A stretch of DNA of 64,000 nucleotides, from NCBI GenBank assembly GCA_964187785.1, contig OZ076413.1:45510001-45574000 (forward strand), given 5' to 3'. The notes below the pieces were generated by a model, which was not told the origin of the DNA, searched no databases, and saw only the letters and a list, made by a program, of their open reading frames with translations. Position numbers and translations under genes: made by a program. The stretch's first letter is position 1. Every line of letters starts with the position of its first letter. Of the stretch, positions 49,955 through 62,908 are shown piece by piece. Source of the stretch: Amphiscolops sp. MND2022 (Eukaryota).

Positions 49955-52890
49955 CGTGCAAGAAGGTAAAAATTTGTTGTACAGGAGGGTTTTTCGAAGA
50001 AACAAAAAGAAATAAAATAAAAGAAATTTAAAAAAAGCCCCAAATTGAGACCGTAACTGACAAAATTTCAAAATATTTCAAAATTCCACTATTCATGCAA
50101 ATTTCATCAAATTTTCTTCAGACTTCGTGACTTAGAATGTTAAAAACGAGCCACAAGGCAACGAGTTTTATCACGTTTTTCACGTTTTCATACAATTTGT
50201 ATTGAATTTTCGCTGGCCTTCGTGGATTAAAACAACGAACACGTTCAACAAGAAACAAGACGCCCGCTAAGCACCGGGATATTTTCCGCCCTCTTCGCCT
50301 TTATCAACTGAGCCATAGCTATTTTGCAGTGGGGAATAAATTTTAAAGTATAAGATCTAAAACTTAGTGATTTTAGATCTTATTCCCTTTAGATCTCATT
50401 CCCGTCCTGAAATTTTAGATCTTTTTCCCTTTAGATCTTATTACCTTTTTTTTTACTTTAGATAACCTCTAACCTAAGTGAGTGGGAGATTAGGCGAGGT
50501 AGAGAAGAGTGATTGAAGTGAAGAGTCGATTTATGGCAGAATTTGTAAAAAAAACGCATCACAGATCATGATTTTCCTCCCCCATTGAAAATTGGGGTCA
50601 GAAAATAACAAAAGCGATTAGGCTTTCGTCGGGAGATAAACGCATTTGTTTAATTGAAAAAAGCCTCAAAACATGACCCGATACTTCATACAATTTGAGT
50701 AGCATTTCCGAGGGATTCAAAATATTCAGCAACGAACAAGCTATACAGTACGCTGTTTGAAAGAAAAAATTCACTGCCTTGCTTCAAAACGCTTCAAAAT
50801 GACACCAAATGAGATACAGAATCAATGAATTTCTTTTTTTGTAACGTTTTCACTGTACATTTTGTTAGTTTTCCGAAATGTTAGATCGTTTCAAGATGAT
50901 TTATATTGTTTTCCAGTAGGTTTTTTGAAGAGATATCCGCAGACTTATGCCAGAAAATCTTTCAAAATGCTTCTAAAGTGTCGAAAAAATCAAATTCGGC
51001 ACTTTCATTATTTTTTGGAAGAATTTCAACAATTAGAGAAGTTTTAAAAGCTCCAAGCGAAATGTCTAGCCAAGAAGTAACATTGGAACATAGAAACATA
51101 GGAACGCCTTCCATAGGAAGATAAACAGTTTTATAGATCGAAAAATATTACACACTGACCAAAGTGGTCAAAAATTCGAAAATTTCCAAGTTTTGACGTT
51201 TTCGTTTTGCAAATTTGTAAAGTTTTTAGAGGTTTCGTTTGTTAGAACGATAAAAACATTCAACAACGAATAAACGAGTTATCAAATTGGCTCTCTGGTA
51301 AAATAGCTGCTTCTTGTGAGAAAAAAGCATCAAAATGGCCACAAATTAGTGGATATTGTTGAAGTTTTAAACCTTTTGACAAGTTCAGTGGTCTTTTTGT
51401 TTGAATAATTGAAAACGTTGGTGACTTCGAAGCTTCGAAAAAATTCACTCGAAACAAATAGGTTCGCAGCAGGCTTTTTAAAAAATCATCAGTATTTGTG
51501 TTGGAAAATACATCAAAATGACGCAGTACTTCAAATATTTAAAATATTTTTTGACGTTTCAAGCAACTTTTTGTAAAAGTTTTGATCAATTCTGTGACAT
51601 ACGGTAGCTGAAAGTCTCAAAAACACGAAGCATGATGTCAACAGTGAGCGTTTTTGACGGTCTAACCAAAAAACCAAAAAAATTGACGAAAAGCTCGTTT
51701 TTGACATATTAGTAGTTTTAGTTCATTTTACGTAATTTTTCGTAGAATGGAGTTTCTATTGGCCTGAACGTTGACACAATAGGCTATTCAAAACGTTATG
51801 TGGAAAAGAAAAAGAACAAAAGTGCCTGAACTTCAGAAGCAGGAGTCAAATATTCGGAAGTCTGTTCATCGACCACATACTCCCAACTTCTGATTTTCGA
51901 CCTTTTTCGAACGTTTTTCTGAAATAGAAAATCCATAGGTTCAGGATTGAAACTTGTAGCTACCAGTGCGGGTTCGAAAAGAAATCGCTCTATAGGAAAT
52001 GATGAATTTCAAAACTTCTATAATAAAAGTTCCTCGAATATATATTTTTTAAATTTTTTTTGTCTGAAATTTAATATTCATTAGGGTCGAAACGAAGTAA
52101 CTACCTACGCAAAACTCATTACAAAGGAAAACGTTGCAGTTTTTCAGTTTTAAATTCAAAATCATCCCAAGGTCCAAAATTTTTGACGTTTTCTCACAGT
52201 TCTTGTAAAATTTCTTGCTATTTCTTAGGCTAGATTGATGTAAACTTTCAACAACGACTAAAACTGATATACAGTAGGCCTTTTCTTAGAGATATATGTA
52301 ATCTTTGGTTTGAAAAGCGCATCAAAATGACCAAAAGAAGTCAAAAATGTCAATTTTTAGCGACTTTTTGTACAAACATGAAATGTTTGGTCAGTTCGAT
52401 AATCGTACTCACTTTCAGCATCAAGACAATTCGGTACATAGCGTATTCTCAAATCCTGTGTTTTGTTTAAAATCATTCATACCATGAATCGAAAAATGTC
52501 AAAACTTCCACGCCTTCTAACATCTATGCATTTTCATAGTGCTTTGGCTCAAGTTTGTTTCGTTGTAGAACAATTTAGGGCGGAAGACATCCCGTTGATC
52601 AGTGGGCATCTTGTTTTTTATATCCCCAACTCGAAAACAACTTTAATGGTCAAAAAACTTCTTGGGCGAATGAAAGGAATTGTTATGGCTTCTAATACCA
52701 CGAGGATTGTATTGAGAGGTCTTTCGACACTTTCAGCAAAATTATCCGCAATTCTGATAATTTTTCGGAAAAAAAGCACAATTCACCCCTGGATAATCTA
52801 AACTTGCATAAGAAAGCCTCCCTTTTTTGCATAATATCTCTGTCATGAAGTAAATTGAGCAAATAAAGTGAGTGAATCAATGTAAAAGAT

Positions 52891-53781
52891 AACAAGCTGA
52901 GAATGGCCAAAGTTGGCGCTAAATCTAAGGCTCAAAAAGTGCAAAATTTTCAAAATATGCTCATGACGTTTTTTTATGAAAAACTCGCAAAAAAGTTTGG
53001 CCCAAAGGAAGCCTTCTGTGCTGGGAAAACGCTTCAGAAGTTCGGATATAGCGGCTGGGACAAATGCGAGAACTTGTTTTCGAACCTCCGCCTCCTCCTC
53101 CTCCTCCTCCTCCTCCTCCTCCTCCTCCTCCTCCTCCTCCTCCTCCTCCTCCTCCTCCTCCTCCTCCTCCTCCTCCTCCTCCTCCTCCTCCTCCTCCTCC
53201 TCCTCCTCCTCCTCCTCCTCCTCCTCCTCCTCCTCCTCCTCCTCCTCCTCCTCCTCCTCCTCAGTGAAACGGAATATACTTCGGAAATAACGTCAAAAAT
53301 TCGGATATAGCGCTTTACTCCGGATATTACGTTCAAATTTCGGATAGTATTGAAAAAAAATATTAGTGGATATGTATTGAGAAAACCTAATGTCAGATGA
53401 AAAAGGACAATTTTGAACAGTCTCATAGTGCCGAAAAATCTGAAAGGGGAGACTCTTTGGGATTTTCAAACATCTATTATGTTCCAAAATATTTGAAAAA
53501 ATTGAAGGGGGACCCTTTGGTACAATCAAAAAATTTTCGAAAAAAGTCTCATAGTGCCAAAAAAATCCAAGTTAAAATCACCCAGATAGCCAAAGTGGGG
53601 ATCCTTAGTTGTTTTCAAGGTTCTGGACGTCGGTTTTATAATTTTGGATGAGGTTCTAAGGTTTGCTGTATGTTTTGGTCAAACTGAACAAATGAACAAA
53701 AAAGTGGACCTTACGCGAGTAAAAAAAACTACCCACTGTAAGAGTCGGGCACATTTTCTACTGAAATGCGCCGACTAAAAA
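52891..53781 (+). mobile_element. Family A Helentron-like element carrying a (CCT)n array
   Basis: Same terminal motifs as the other copies; microsatellite inside. Confidence 0.72.
53091..53262. repeat. Perfect (CCT)n microsatellite, about 57 units
   Basis: Directly visible. Confidence 0.99.
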
Positions 53782-54429
53782 TATGTCGACATCAATTGTT
53801 TTATCGGACCGAAATTTCAGCGCAAACAATGTTGACATAGTGGTATTTGAAATTTATTTCTCATTCCCCACCCCCAGAACCACTCAGGGGGAAAAAGGAA
53901 ACATATTAGAGAAAAATATCTTTTATTGCTACGTTCGACAGTTTTTGAAAGATCTCAAATCCAAATAGTTTTTTTAAAATATATATATATTTTGGTGTTT
54001 TTGAAAGTGCAGGTCAAAAAAATTTTGATGGAACAATCCAAACTTCAAATTTTGGAGTATATGCTGTTACTGGGACAAGTTACTTCTAGAAAGCTGTATT
54101 GACTTTTTGCATTCTTTTTCGTATTTCAGCGAAACTCTCAGCGAACTATAAATTATCCAAATCAACTTATTGTTTCTTATTGCCGATCAAAGCAATGCCA
54201 CTTACTTGGTGAGAAAAACGGGTTAAAAAATGGTGGTTGCAAACTGTAGAAGCGTCTCGACTGAAAATAGTTGATTTTTGTTTTTAATAACATCCCAGCT
54301 CACGCTGAAACAATAGCAACTGAATTGAATAAAAAGCCTCACAAAAGTTCAGTGCAACAAAACCCAGCCAAGTTTTCAAGATTAGTTTTTCAATCAAGGA
54401 CAAAAAATCTGAAGAATAGTATGAAGAAA

Positions 54430-54953
54430 TACAAGCTGGGAACCGCAGAAGTCGGCGCCATATCTAAGGCTCAAAAATAGCAAAATGACTTGAAAGTGTC
54501 AGAAAAAGTATCAAACTCACAAAAAGAGTTCCGAAACACTGTCGAAAAACCCAAACGACCGAACTGGCGCGCCAGGTGCCCGCTAGCGCGGGCCCCTAGC
54601 GCGGGCCGCTAGCGCGCTAAAAGGTTGATCCCTTTGCATTTTTCAACATCCATTGTTGCAAAACATCAAAAACTTAAAGGGAGCCTTTGGGGAACATTTT
54701 TTTTCGGAAAAAAGTCTCACAATGCAAAAAAAACTGAAAGGGAGGACCCTTCAGTCTCGCCCGGTATTGTATGTTACACGGAAAAAAAAAGGAAAAATCA
54801 GTTTGATTCAGTTCGCTAGGCCAAATGGTTCAATTAGACATCATAAAATTTTGTAGAACTTGTAGAACGATTTTGGTCAGTTCGTGTGGATTGAAAGAAA
54901 AGAGTCACTGTAATAGTTGCGTTTCACTTCATGAAGTGTTCCATCACTTAAAA
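54430..54953 (+). mobile_element. Family A Helentron-like element with an internal GC-rich ctagcgcgggcc mini-array
   Basis: Start acaagctgggaaccgcagaagtcggcgccatatctaaggctc; degenerate cactgtaatagt...hairpin end. Confidence 0.65.
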
Positions 54954-55904
54954 TGTTCCATACTTATTCTACCATTCGACAAAGTGAAAACACATGAATC
55001 TCTAAAGCAGTCAAATTTTCGGAAAGTAATACAAAATCACATTAAACATGACCTTGCCTTCGTCGTACATTGCGTGTTTGCCCACTTTATAAATCTTCGA
55101 GAAGCTTTTACGTAGGTATTACTATAAATGACTATGTGAACCAAAAAACAAAACTCACAAATTTCATTGCTTAAAATCGTGATACATTCAAACAAGGCAT
55201 TGGAATAGTTTTTTTTCTGTCAATCATTCAAAAAGTAGCTCTCGTTGAGTAATCAAGTCTTCAACTAAAGATGGTTCGAGTCTTCAGAAATACTCCAGGC
55301 GTTTTTACCAACCACTTCGTTTCAACTTTCGATGAGTGAATGCCACCGGCTTCGAACGAAATTGCCATATTACCTGATTAACTGCGCGTTCACAGCCGTT
55401 TTGAAATGTTTGTTGACGAATAATTGAAACTTTGTGCGGCAAAAAAATTAAATGCATTCCGTTTTTTTTCGCCTAGTACCAGATGAAAAAACGCAGAAAA
55501 CGCAAGATGTAATATTTGAGTAGTAAGAGAGTGAGCAGATCAGGTGGGGGAGGTTCAAGACCCTCATGTTTTAAGATAGGCTATAGCGACTCGGCTCGAG
55601 CCGAGAGCCGAGAAGGGTCTTGAACCCCTGGATTCGCATAGGCTCGATTCTGACTCGTGTAGTGTGGGTGTATACCCTTGGTTGCCGACTCGGGTCATGC
55701 TCAATTCTGATTGGCTGACGACTTGATTCAAGGGTATGTAGTTGACTAATGTATAAAAAAGTGTTCAAGGTATAAAGATAGGGAATAGCTTCGGTAATGT
55801 TTTAAGGTAGGGAATAGGGTTTTTCGGCACTGTGGGACATTTTCGGCACTGTGAGACTTTGGGTAAAAAATGATTTTTTGGTGGGCACGACCGCCCGCGG
55901 GAAG

Positions 55905-56000
55905 AATTTTACCCGCCCCCGCAATATTTTATCCGCCTGCGGAATATTTTATCAGCCTGCGGAATAATTTATCCGCCACTGGAATGTTTTATCCGCCATA
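55905..56000. repeat. About 20-bp tandem repeats in the Polinton terminal region
   Basis: About five imperfect aatattttatccgcctgcgg units. Confidence 0.85.
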
Positions 56001-56122
56001 ATTGTTACACTTGGACCTAATTAAGTACTTTGAGATGAAAACATTGTGTGTTAGTCAGAAAAAAGTTAATTAGAAAAAACATATATTACAACAAATGCAT
56101 ACTGTATTGGTTAACGAAATAA

Positions 56123-59100
56123 CTAAATGTTTAAAGGTAAAGTATGAATACCATCTTGTTAAACAATTCTCTTGGGGTAGAAAAAAGACAGGCCCTTCTT
56201 TGTCTGCTCATATGTAGCAATGCTGTGATCTTTTGTGCGGAAGCCTCTGTTGGTACTGGTAACGTTTTCTTGCTCGATCAACACTTTTTGATACTTGGCC
56301 ATGGGTCCATCACCGCTGTCCTCAAATGTTCGCTTGTTGAGACCTTTGCTGCTGAACTTATACTTGTTCGACTTAGCATCATAGCAACAATAGGTCTTGC
56401 TACAGAGACACAACATTTCTGTGCACCGGAACTCCTCATTGAAAAGACCCGGTTTTCTCTTGTCGTGTTTCTTGTGCTTTTCACAGCACGTGCGTGGGAA
56501 GAAGTTACCACTGGAATCCGCTACAAAATTGTCATTGCAGTCCTCACTACAAAGAAACTCCCACACCTCCTTCTTGTCTTCTTTAATGCTATCATACAAT
56601 TTTGTCTCAGCAAGGGCGAGATAGAGCGAATCAGTATCCATTTCCATTTCCTCGTACTTGTCATTCTCACAAAACTCGTAAAAGAAATTGTAATATATTT
56701 CCAGCATTCTCAGTTTGGCGTACTGTAAAATGAAAAAACCAACAATAATTGGTTCTTTGTGTTCTACTTCGGCTTTGGCCATTTCCACCTCGTATAAATT
56801 GTCGTTTATGTGATTTAACCGCCTGAACATTTTGTTGTTTATTGCAGAATGGGTCTTCATCGCTGAGATACTTTGTCACTGTGTGACGACTTCTATCCAT
56901 TATCTGGTAACCGTAAGAGCTGTTGGCTAGTAATTTCATAGTTTCCGCAACTACAGTAGAATTAGGGTTCTTGTCACCTTCTCGTCTTGCATTCACCGCT
57001 GACTGTACGAAACTGTTGAAGCAAGATAATGGAGTATACTCTACAAAGCGATAAAGTTTTGTGCACACACGACCTTGTTGCAGGTAAAAGAGAAATAGTG
57101 GTGTAATGAGAGTACCGTTCTTTAAATGGAAACTTGAAATCAGCATTCGTCGGGGTTGAGTCAAATATTGATTTTTCTCAGCATAGTCTTTCATCAAAGG
57201 GCCAATGTCGTCTCTGCTAACATTAGTGTTTTTAAATATTGGAGGAAAAAATGCAAAATTTTCCCTCAGATGTTCAGGAACTTCAATGTCACATTGTAAA
57301 TAACCAAACAAATTCCCATCTTTAATTCTTTGCAACAAGCCCTCTTCTGTAAGGGGTAACTTGTAAGGAAACGATTCTCTCAAATGCTGCTTGACGAGGG
57401 AATTAGACTTGTACAGTTTCCACCATTCACATTCCCACATTTCTACCACGTTGTAACCTTTGTTGCTAATGTAGGCTCTCCGCATCTCATCCATCTCCCG
57501 TCGTTTGCATCCCCGTTCGACTTCTTTGTCGCTCAGAGATGGACGCGTTTCCTGACAGGGACAGTAATGGTGGTAGCAACCCATTGCTTCAAAGACTGTA
57601 TTGCAGTGACTACAAAAACCGTCAGCACTGAAGCAATCAATTTTCTTTTGGGTTCCGGTAGTAATATTGCTCTCAATTTTACATTCGGGGCGAAAAAGTT
57701 GAAAATAAGACATGACCAAATTTTCAAAGCTGCGTGTTTTGTTTTGACGAGGCTTGAATCGTTGCGAATCAGAGTCGTATTCGTATCGGGTGTAGAGACC
57801 AGTAGGCATGGGTTGACACATTGAAAACGGATAAAGTTGACTAGCGTCAATGCCAACAATGGACTTGCACACATTTTGCGATTTGCGGATAAAGGTCCCG
57901 TCAACTACAGCTCCGCGTGTAAACACAATTGAAGGACCACCGACCATATCCTCTCTAATTTTCTCAAGCAGATCCTTGTCAGTCTCAGTAAAGGGGCAGA
58001 ATTTGGCAAGGGTAGACTTATGTAGGCAAATGTTTGCTAAATTTGGTAGAGTACAACCCAACTTTAACATATCAATTCCTTTATTGTGATAAAAATCAAT
58101 CATCTTCTGCATTGCTTCAAGTGTGGGAATGACATCTTTGTTGTTGTACCAGCGCAAGAAATCCTTAAATGTTGTCATTTTCTCTCTTTCCCATACTTCA
58201 ACGAGATACGCATAATTTTGCTCTCCCGTAAGCGGTGGACGAGTTATGCGCAGTTTTTGCATTGCAGACTCTTGTGACAAACCATTCTGCACTAACTTCT
58301 CGTAATCCAGATACTCCTTCTCTAATGGATTACAATTGCGCAGTTTGCTGTAAAAGCATTCATAAGCAGGAAGATGGTCCATTGATAGCTTCTCCGCGTC
58401 ATCGAACCATTCATATGGGAAAAAACCTTTTGTCTCTTCTGTTTTGTATGCTTTAAAGAATGAGTCAAGGTTAGTTGCACCTCCAAGAAAGTTCAAAATG
58501 TCCAATAATTGAACATCACCAAACTTGAACGATACGTACTGGTTCGCCTTCTTGATCACAATCGGTTCAATATCTTTGTCCTCCACGAGTATTGGCAAGA
58601 GATGCTTCTTGATCAGGTTAATGTCATATCTACCGCTGTTGAATCCAAACACTGGTAGTACATTGCAATATCTTTCAAAGTGTTCCTGCAATTGAATCAA
58701 TTGTTTTTTCTGCATTTGTAGGAACTGCGTAGAGACGTCGTTCCCCTCTGATGACTCATCTGCTTCACAACACTCATCTTCAAATGTAAATGTAGCTTCT
58801 CGCCTCGATCGACGCTCGTTCAACAGTCCCATTACATGTGAGAGTCTACTCTCTATGGCAGTTTCTATCTCAAGGAAACTCATTCGCATCTGAGCTTTGC
58901 TCTGAGCTGCCAGATTTTCCAATGCATTCACAAAAGATGACACTAGATCACGCTGGTTGGAGTTGCAAATAAAAATGGGCTCTTGTAATAAGTTGGAGGA
59001 GATTGATACAGATATTGGAACATGTTTTCCAATCCATCTTGTTGTCTCTGTGTCTTTGAAGTCATCTTCTCGTACACAAATTGATTCGAAATCAAATAAT

Positions 59101-60469
59101 GCAACATTTTTAAACAGTTTCTGCTCGTCCGTGTAAGGTATATTGAAGGAATCCAACTTGTCAAAAAGCGTTTCTTTCAACTGATACACATTTTTTGGAA
59201 ACACTTGTTTCACTCTCTCTTGACGAGTGGTTAAATGACGTTCAAGATTGCCTGAACGATTAAAGTAACAATCACAAGTTGGGCAACGGAAAGCGTTAAA
59301 CAGTGCGTGGATGTTTGCTACATAGCAAATGTGACTATTATAGCGTAACAATCTAACAGTGTCGGGATGCTTCTGTACACTCCTTCTAGCCAGCTCATCG
59401 ACAAGAGATCCTTCCACAATGTCAACATCGTATAGAAAAATATTGATCCCTGTAATTTCCTCCACCGTTGGTATATCATCCATGCAAACACCTTGAAATG
59501 CCGCTGGCTCAAATCCGTCTTTCTTTTGGAGATAGAGATTAAACAGTTTGTTTGTCTCCTCTTCTAGCCGTTCATTTCAGTGCAAGTGTAAACACAAGGC
59601 TCTGAACAAGCATAAATTGTCATTATAAGGTTGCCTTGTGTTTTGTTCAAAAGTGAGGCAGTTGACAGTTCTATTTTTTAACAGAGGTTGAGGCAGGACT
59701 GCATCTTTACAACCCATTGGAATATCTTTGAGTAGGGCAGCAAAGATTGTCACATTTGTTAGTTTAAGGAATTTCCACTTTGTGTTGACTCGTTCACGTG
59801 CACAAGATTCAATGACATCCGTCCCAGCGAGCAATGTTTTGATGTGTTCCAGGTCGTCTCCAGTACTTAACAATTTAGACTTCTCCAACAGAGTGTTATT
59901 CTCGTGTGCATAAAAATAACGACAACTAGCGTCTTCGATATTTTTTAAACAAATCCAAAAGCCAGATTAATTTTTGCAGCACATTTGAGTTGTTGAAAGA
60001 CATAATCCAGCTTTGAGTTGATTTTTTCAGCACTAAAAGAATCCAGTGCGAAATTGAAAACTCTCTGACGTCCTTTTTCTAATTGCGAATCAACAAGGAA
60101 ATGTTGACATGCACGTAGTTCTTCCTTGAGACTGTCATCGTCGATACCCTCTAAGAGGGGAGAAGAATCATCACTTGTTTTAATAGTGTGTCCATGTACT
60201 TGACTTTTATGTTGTCGTAATGCATAAAAGCCGGTAAATTTGTCTTTGCAAATCATACAAATGTGAGCAACTGCGGGTTTGGTGGCTCCATGTTTTTTTG
60301 CAATGTGATAATTCAAGTCATTTTGGGACTTGGTTTAGAAATTGGGGCATTTAGAACAAAATAATGTCCCAACGGAACAACTCTTCTTGTGTACTGACAG
60401 GTTTTGCTTAGATACTTTGGTACCACAATTGGGACAGGCAACCTTTGCATTTCGATCAAGGGCAGGCAT
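56123..60469 (-). pseudogene. Protein-primed family B DNA polymerase with N-terminal zinc fingers and an inserted Vsr-like nuclease segment; disrupted
   Basis: ExoI FDFES, ExoII GFNSGRYD, ExoIII YNNKDV, PolA DASQLYP, PolB KLLANSSYG, PolC MDTDS; insert DGFC...FEAMGCYHH...VVEMWECEW. Frame breaks near 60330, 59945, 59577 and 56860, and a premature TAA at 56159; natural end QDGIHTLPLNI* at 56123. Confidence 0.93.
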
Positions 60470-60477
60470 CTTGAGCA

Positions 60478-60605
60478 GAAATTGTAACAAGTCTCTATCT
60501 GAAAGCAAGCAAATGGAATTGTAACGAAAAAATTGTAAGTATCTGAAAGCAAGCAATTTGATTTGCTAGAAAATGTAACAAGTTTTAATCTGATAGCAAG
60601 CAACT
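60478..60605. repeat. Three imperfect direct repeats just upstream of polB
   Basis: Recurring ttgtaa...tatctgaaagcaagcaa units. Confidence 0.7.
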
Positions 60606-61154
60606 AGATCGGAGAATTGTGAAATGAAAAATGAAATCAAAATGGCTGAAAGTTGACTTCATGTAATTGGTCAACCATATACGGAAGGTGTGAGTCACTG
60701 AACCATAAAAGGAATAGTTAGCCTACCATAAAAGGAAAAAGTATTTACGCACTAGCGTCAGAGTTCCCACTCAAGTACCTTTCAATCACTTTAATTGCTC
60801 AAGTGGAACATATTCTCTCAGGAGACGCCACGTTGTCTGAGAAAATTACTCAAGTGGAACAAATTCCCTCGCAAAGACGCCGATAAGTCTGGGAAAACCT
60901 CTCAATTGGATTAATTGTCCAACGATAAAAGTTAAGTAGCGTGGGTAGGTGACAGCTGGTTACCCTTTCATCTTGCATTCCTTTAATTACTTTCCATAAA
61001 TGGAAATAAACAACACTGTTAGCGTAGTGGTTAAAAGCAAAGTCACGTGCTGTTTATCGCATTGTCATAATATTGCGGCGACGTAGGCCTTGCTTTTATC
61101 CACTACACTAAATTTCATTATTCATTTTAATATAGACTTTTTTTAGAGCAGTTC

Positions 61155-61781
61155 ATGTCTGTTAAACAACAACTTCCATCTCTATCTTTGCTGTATTCAA
61201 TTTACGAAGACGTTCCAGAACAAACTTTGGACGAAGCTGACGTTGACTCGTACTTTTATCGCAACATATTGGACATTACAAAGACGGACAATCGTCTCGA
61301 GCGAGTCAGTAAGGGGTCCAATAAAAACTTATTTGCAATCAAAGTCTTTAAATTTTGCGACTTGAAAGCTCAACAACGCTTTTTCCTTGACGAGGAAATT
61401 TCCATCACGAAAAAAGAGCTCGCTGCGACCCTCAACAGACTGCGTCACTTTTTAAAACAGTACGACCACGCACGAAAGGCAACTCTATACCCCCTACCGA
61501 AACCATTACAAGAGATTGGCTTTACGCTGTGGAAGGACGAACTCTTCTCACACTATTATCTAGATATAAGAGAGCATACTGATCGTCATTTGCGTTTGTC
61601 TTTCCGCTTTGAAAAAGACAAGAATTGTTGTTTTTCATTGAAAAAGTTTCTATATAGAGGAAATCAGTTTGTATTGACAGAAATTGTCAAACTGAGTCAC
61701 AACGAACTGTACGAACTGTATAAAGACCGCTACTTTATATCGAGCAAGAGCGGAATCATTGAAAGCAACTACGACGTCTAA
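61155..61781 (+). CDS. Polinton accessory protein, 208 aa, with an apparent internal two-fold repeat
   Basis: Intact intronless ORF; two beta-rich-then-helix segments (YFYRNILDI...ISITKKEL and FSHYYLDI...VKLSHNEL). Confidence 0.75.
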   Translation: MSVKQQLPSLSLLYSIYEDVPEQTLDEADVDSYFYRNILDITKTDNRLERVSKGSNKNLFAIKVFKFCDLKAQQRFFLDEEISITKKELAATLNRLRHFLKQYDHARKATLYPLPKPLQEIGFTLWKDELFSHYYLDIREHTDRHLRLSFRFEKDKNCCFSLKKFLYRGNQFVLTEIVKLSHNELYELYKDRYFISSKSGIIESNYDV

Positions 61782-62138
61782 TGGAGCTCAACGCAGTTAT
61801 AGATACAATCGGGAACGTTTACTGCCCTGAATGTGAGCTACAAAATTGCATATTCGAACATTACTGCAAGGAGGATTCTGGAGAACATTGTCATTACAGT
61901 TGTCCAAAGTGTGAGGCTGATTGTCTTGTGCAGGGTATTCCTTTTAAGGATCAAACGCAGCAGGCAAGCTTAAAAGATGCCGGTATACATTCATTCAGAG
62001 CCAAGGGATTACGAGCGAGAACAAAAAGAACGAGTCGAAAACGACAAAGGAATGGAACTCCTACGACAATTCCTTAGAAAAAAGACAACCAATCAACGCA
62101 CAGAAGAACCACCAGCAAAAAAGATCAAGTCCATGTAG
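61781..62138 (+). CDS. Cys/His-rich zinc-binding protein, probably frameshifted near its middle
   Basis: CPEC..C..HYC...CHYSCPKC. The start overlaps the upstream stop (TAATG). An alternative frame continues DYEREQKERV...PPAKKIKSM* to 62138. Confidence 0.6.
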
Positions 62139-62259
62139 GGAAATGGACGTGTCAAGTTCCTATTGGCTGTTCCATACATAGTCATTTTTCAAGCAACTAG
62201 AATTCATTTCATTTCAAAACTCACTACAATCAACACGCTCTACAACAACAACAACAACA

Positions 62260-62842
62260 ATGTTCTTCTCAGTCTCCAACAACGGAACCCAGTGGACTCT
62301 GGACTTTTCACCGGACTCTGTCACAATCATAGTGAAAGATATGGTCCAAGACTTGACAATTTCCTCCTTGGAACTTCCAATCGCAGCCTTCAACTCTTTG
62401 ATAAATCAAAGACAACAGTTCCTGGACAACCATTTAGCTCGCGTCCCCATAACTCTCAATCAGCAAGGCACGTGGGAGATGCAAGACGAGGTCCGGGCTA
62501 GCGTTGATGACCACGATGCAAGCAGCGATTTCGTTCCCAGTGACTTGGATGATATTCAGTTCCATTGGGAGAATCCGAACATAGACATGGATGCTGTGTA
62601 TCGACCAGGCATCGATACTCCCTTCTCTCCGTCACTGTTTGAAAACATTCCTGTTGCTTGCTGGAAGCGCAGACTACCCCATAGAGATTGACGATGAACA
62701 AAATAAAGAGAACGAGTACCCCACAACACCCGAGTCGCAGAGACCCCTGCAACCACCACCGCTGCATAGATCCCTGAGCCGTCCAATTGGGACACGACTG
62801 GAAAACATACCAAACTCTGTGTATCGTAGTTTGTTTGAATAA
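62260..62842 (+). pseudogene. Polinton accessory ORF broken by a 4-bp duplication
   Basis: ORFs 62260-62691 and 62591-62842 join if the duplicated tgct in gttgcttgctgga (about 62655) is removed, giving ...ENIPVAGSADYPIEIDD...SVYRSLFE*. Confidence 0.7.
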
Positions 62843-62908
62843 TTGTATTTATTGTGTGTATTAAATTGAATTTTTATTATTCACAAATTCTTTTTCAAAT
62901 CAGTCGTT

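Noticed and set aside
52903..53426. Poly-Leu, poly-Ser, poly-Pro and poly-Arg ORFs
   Set aside because: All are frames of the (CCT)n microsatellite inside a repeat element.
56144..58456. Plus-strand ORFs over polB
   Set aside because: Antisense to the clearly identifiable polymerase frame.
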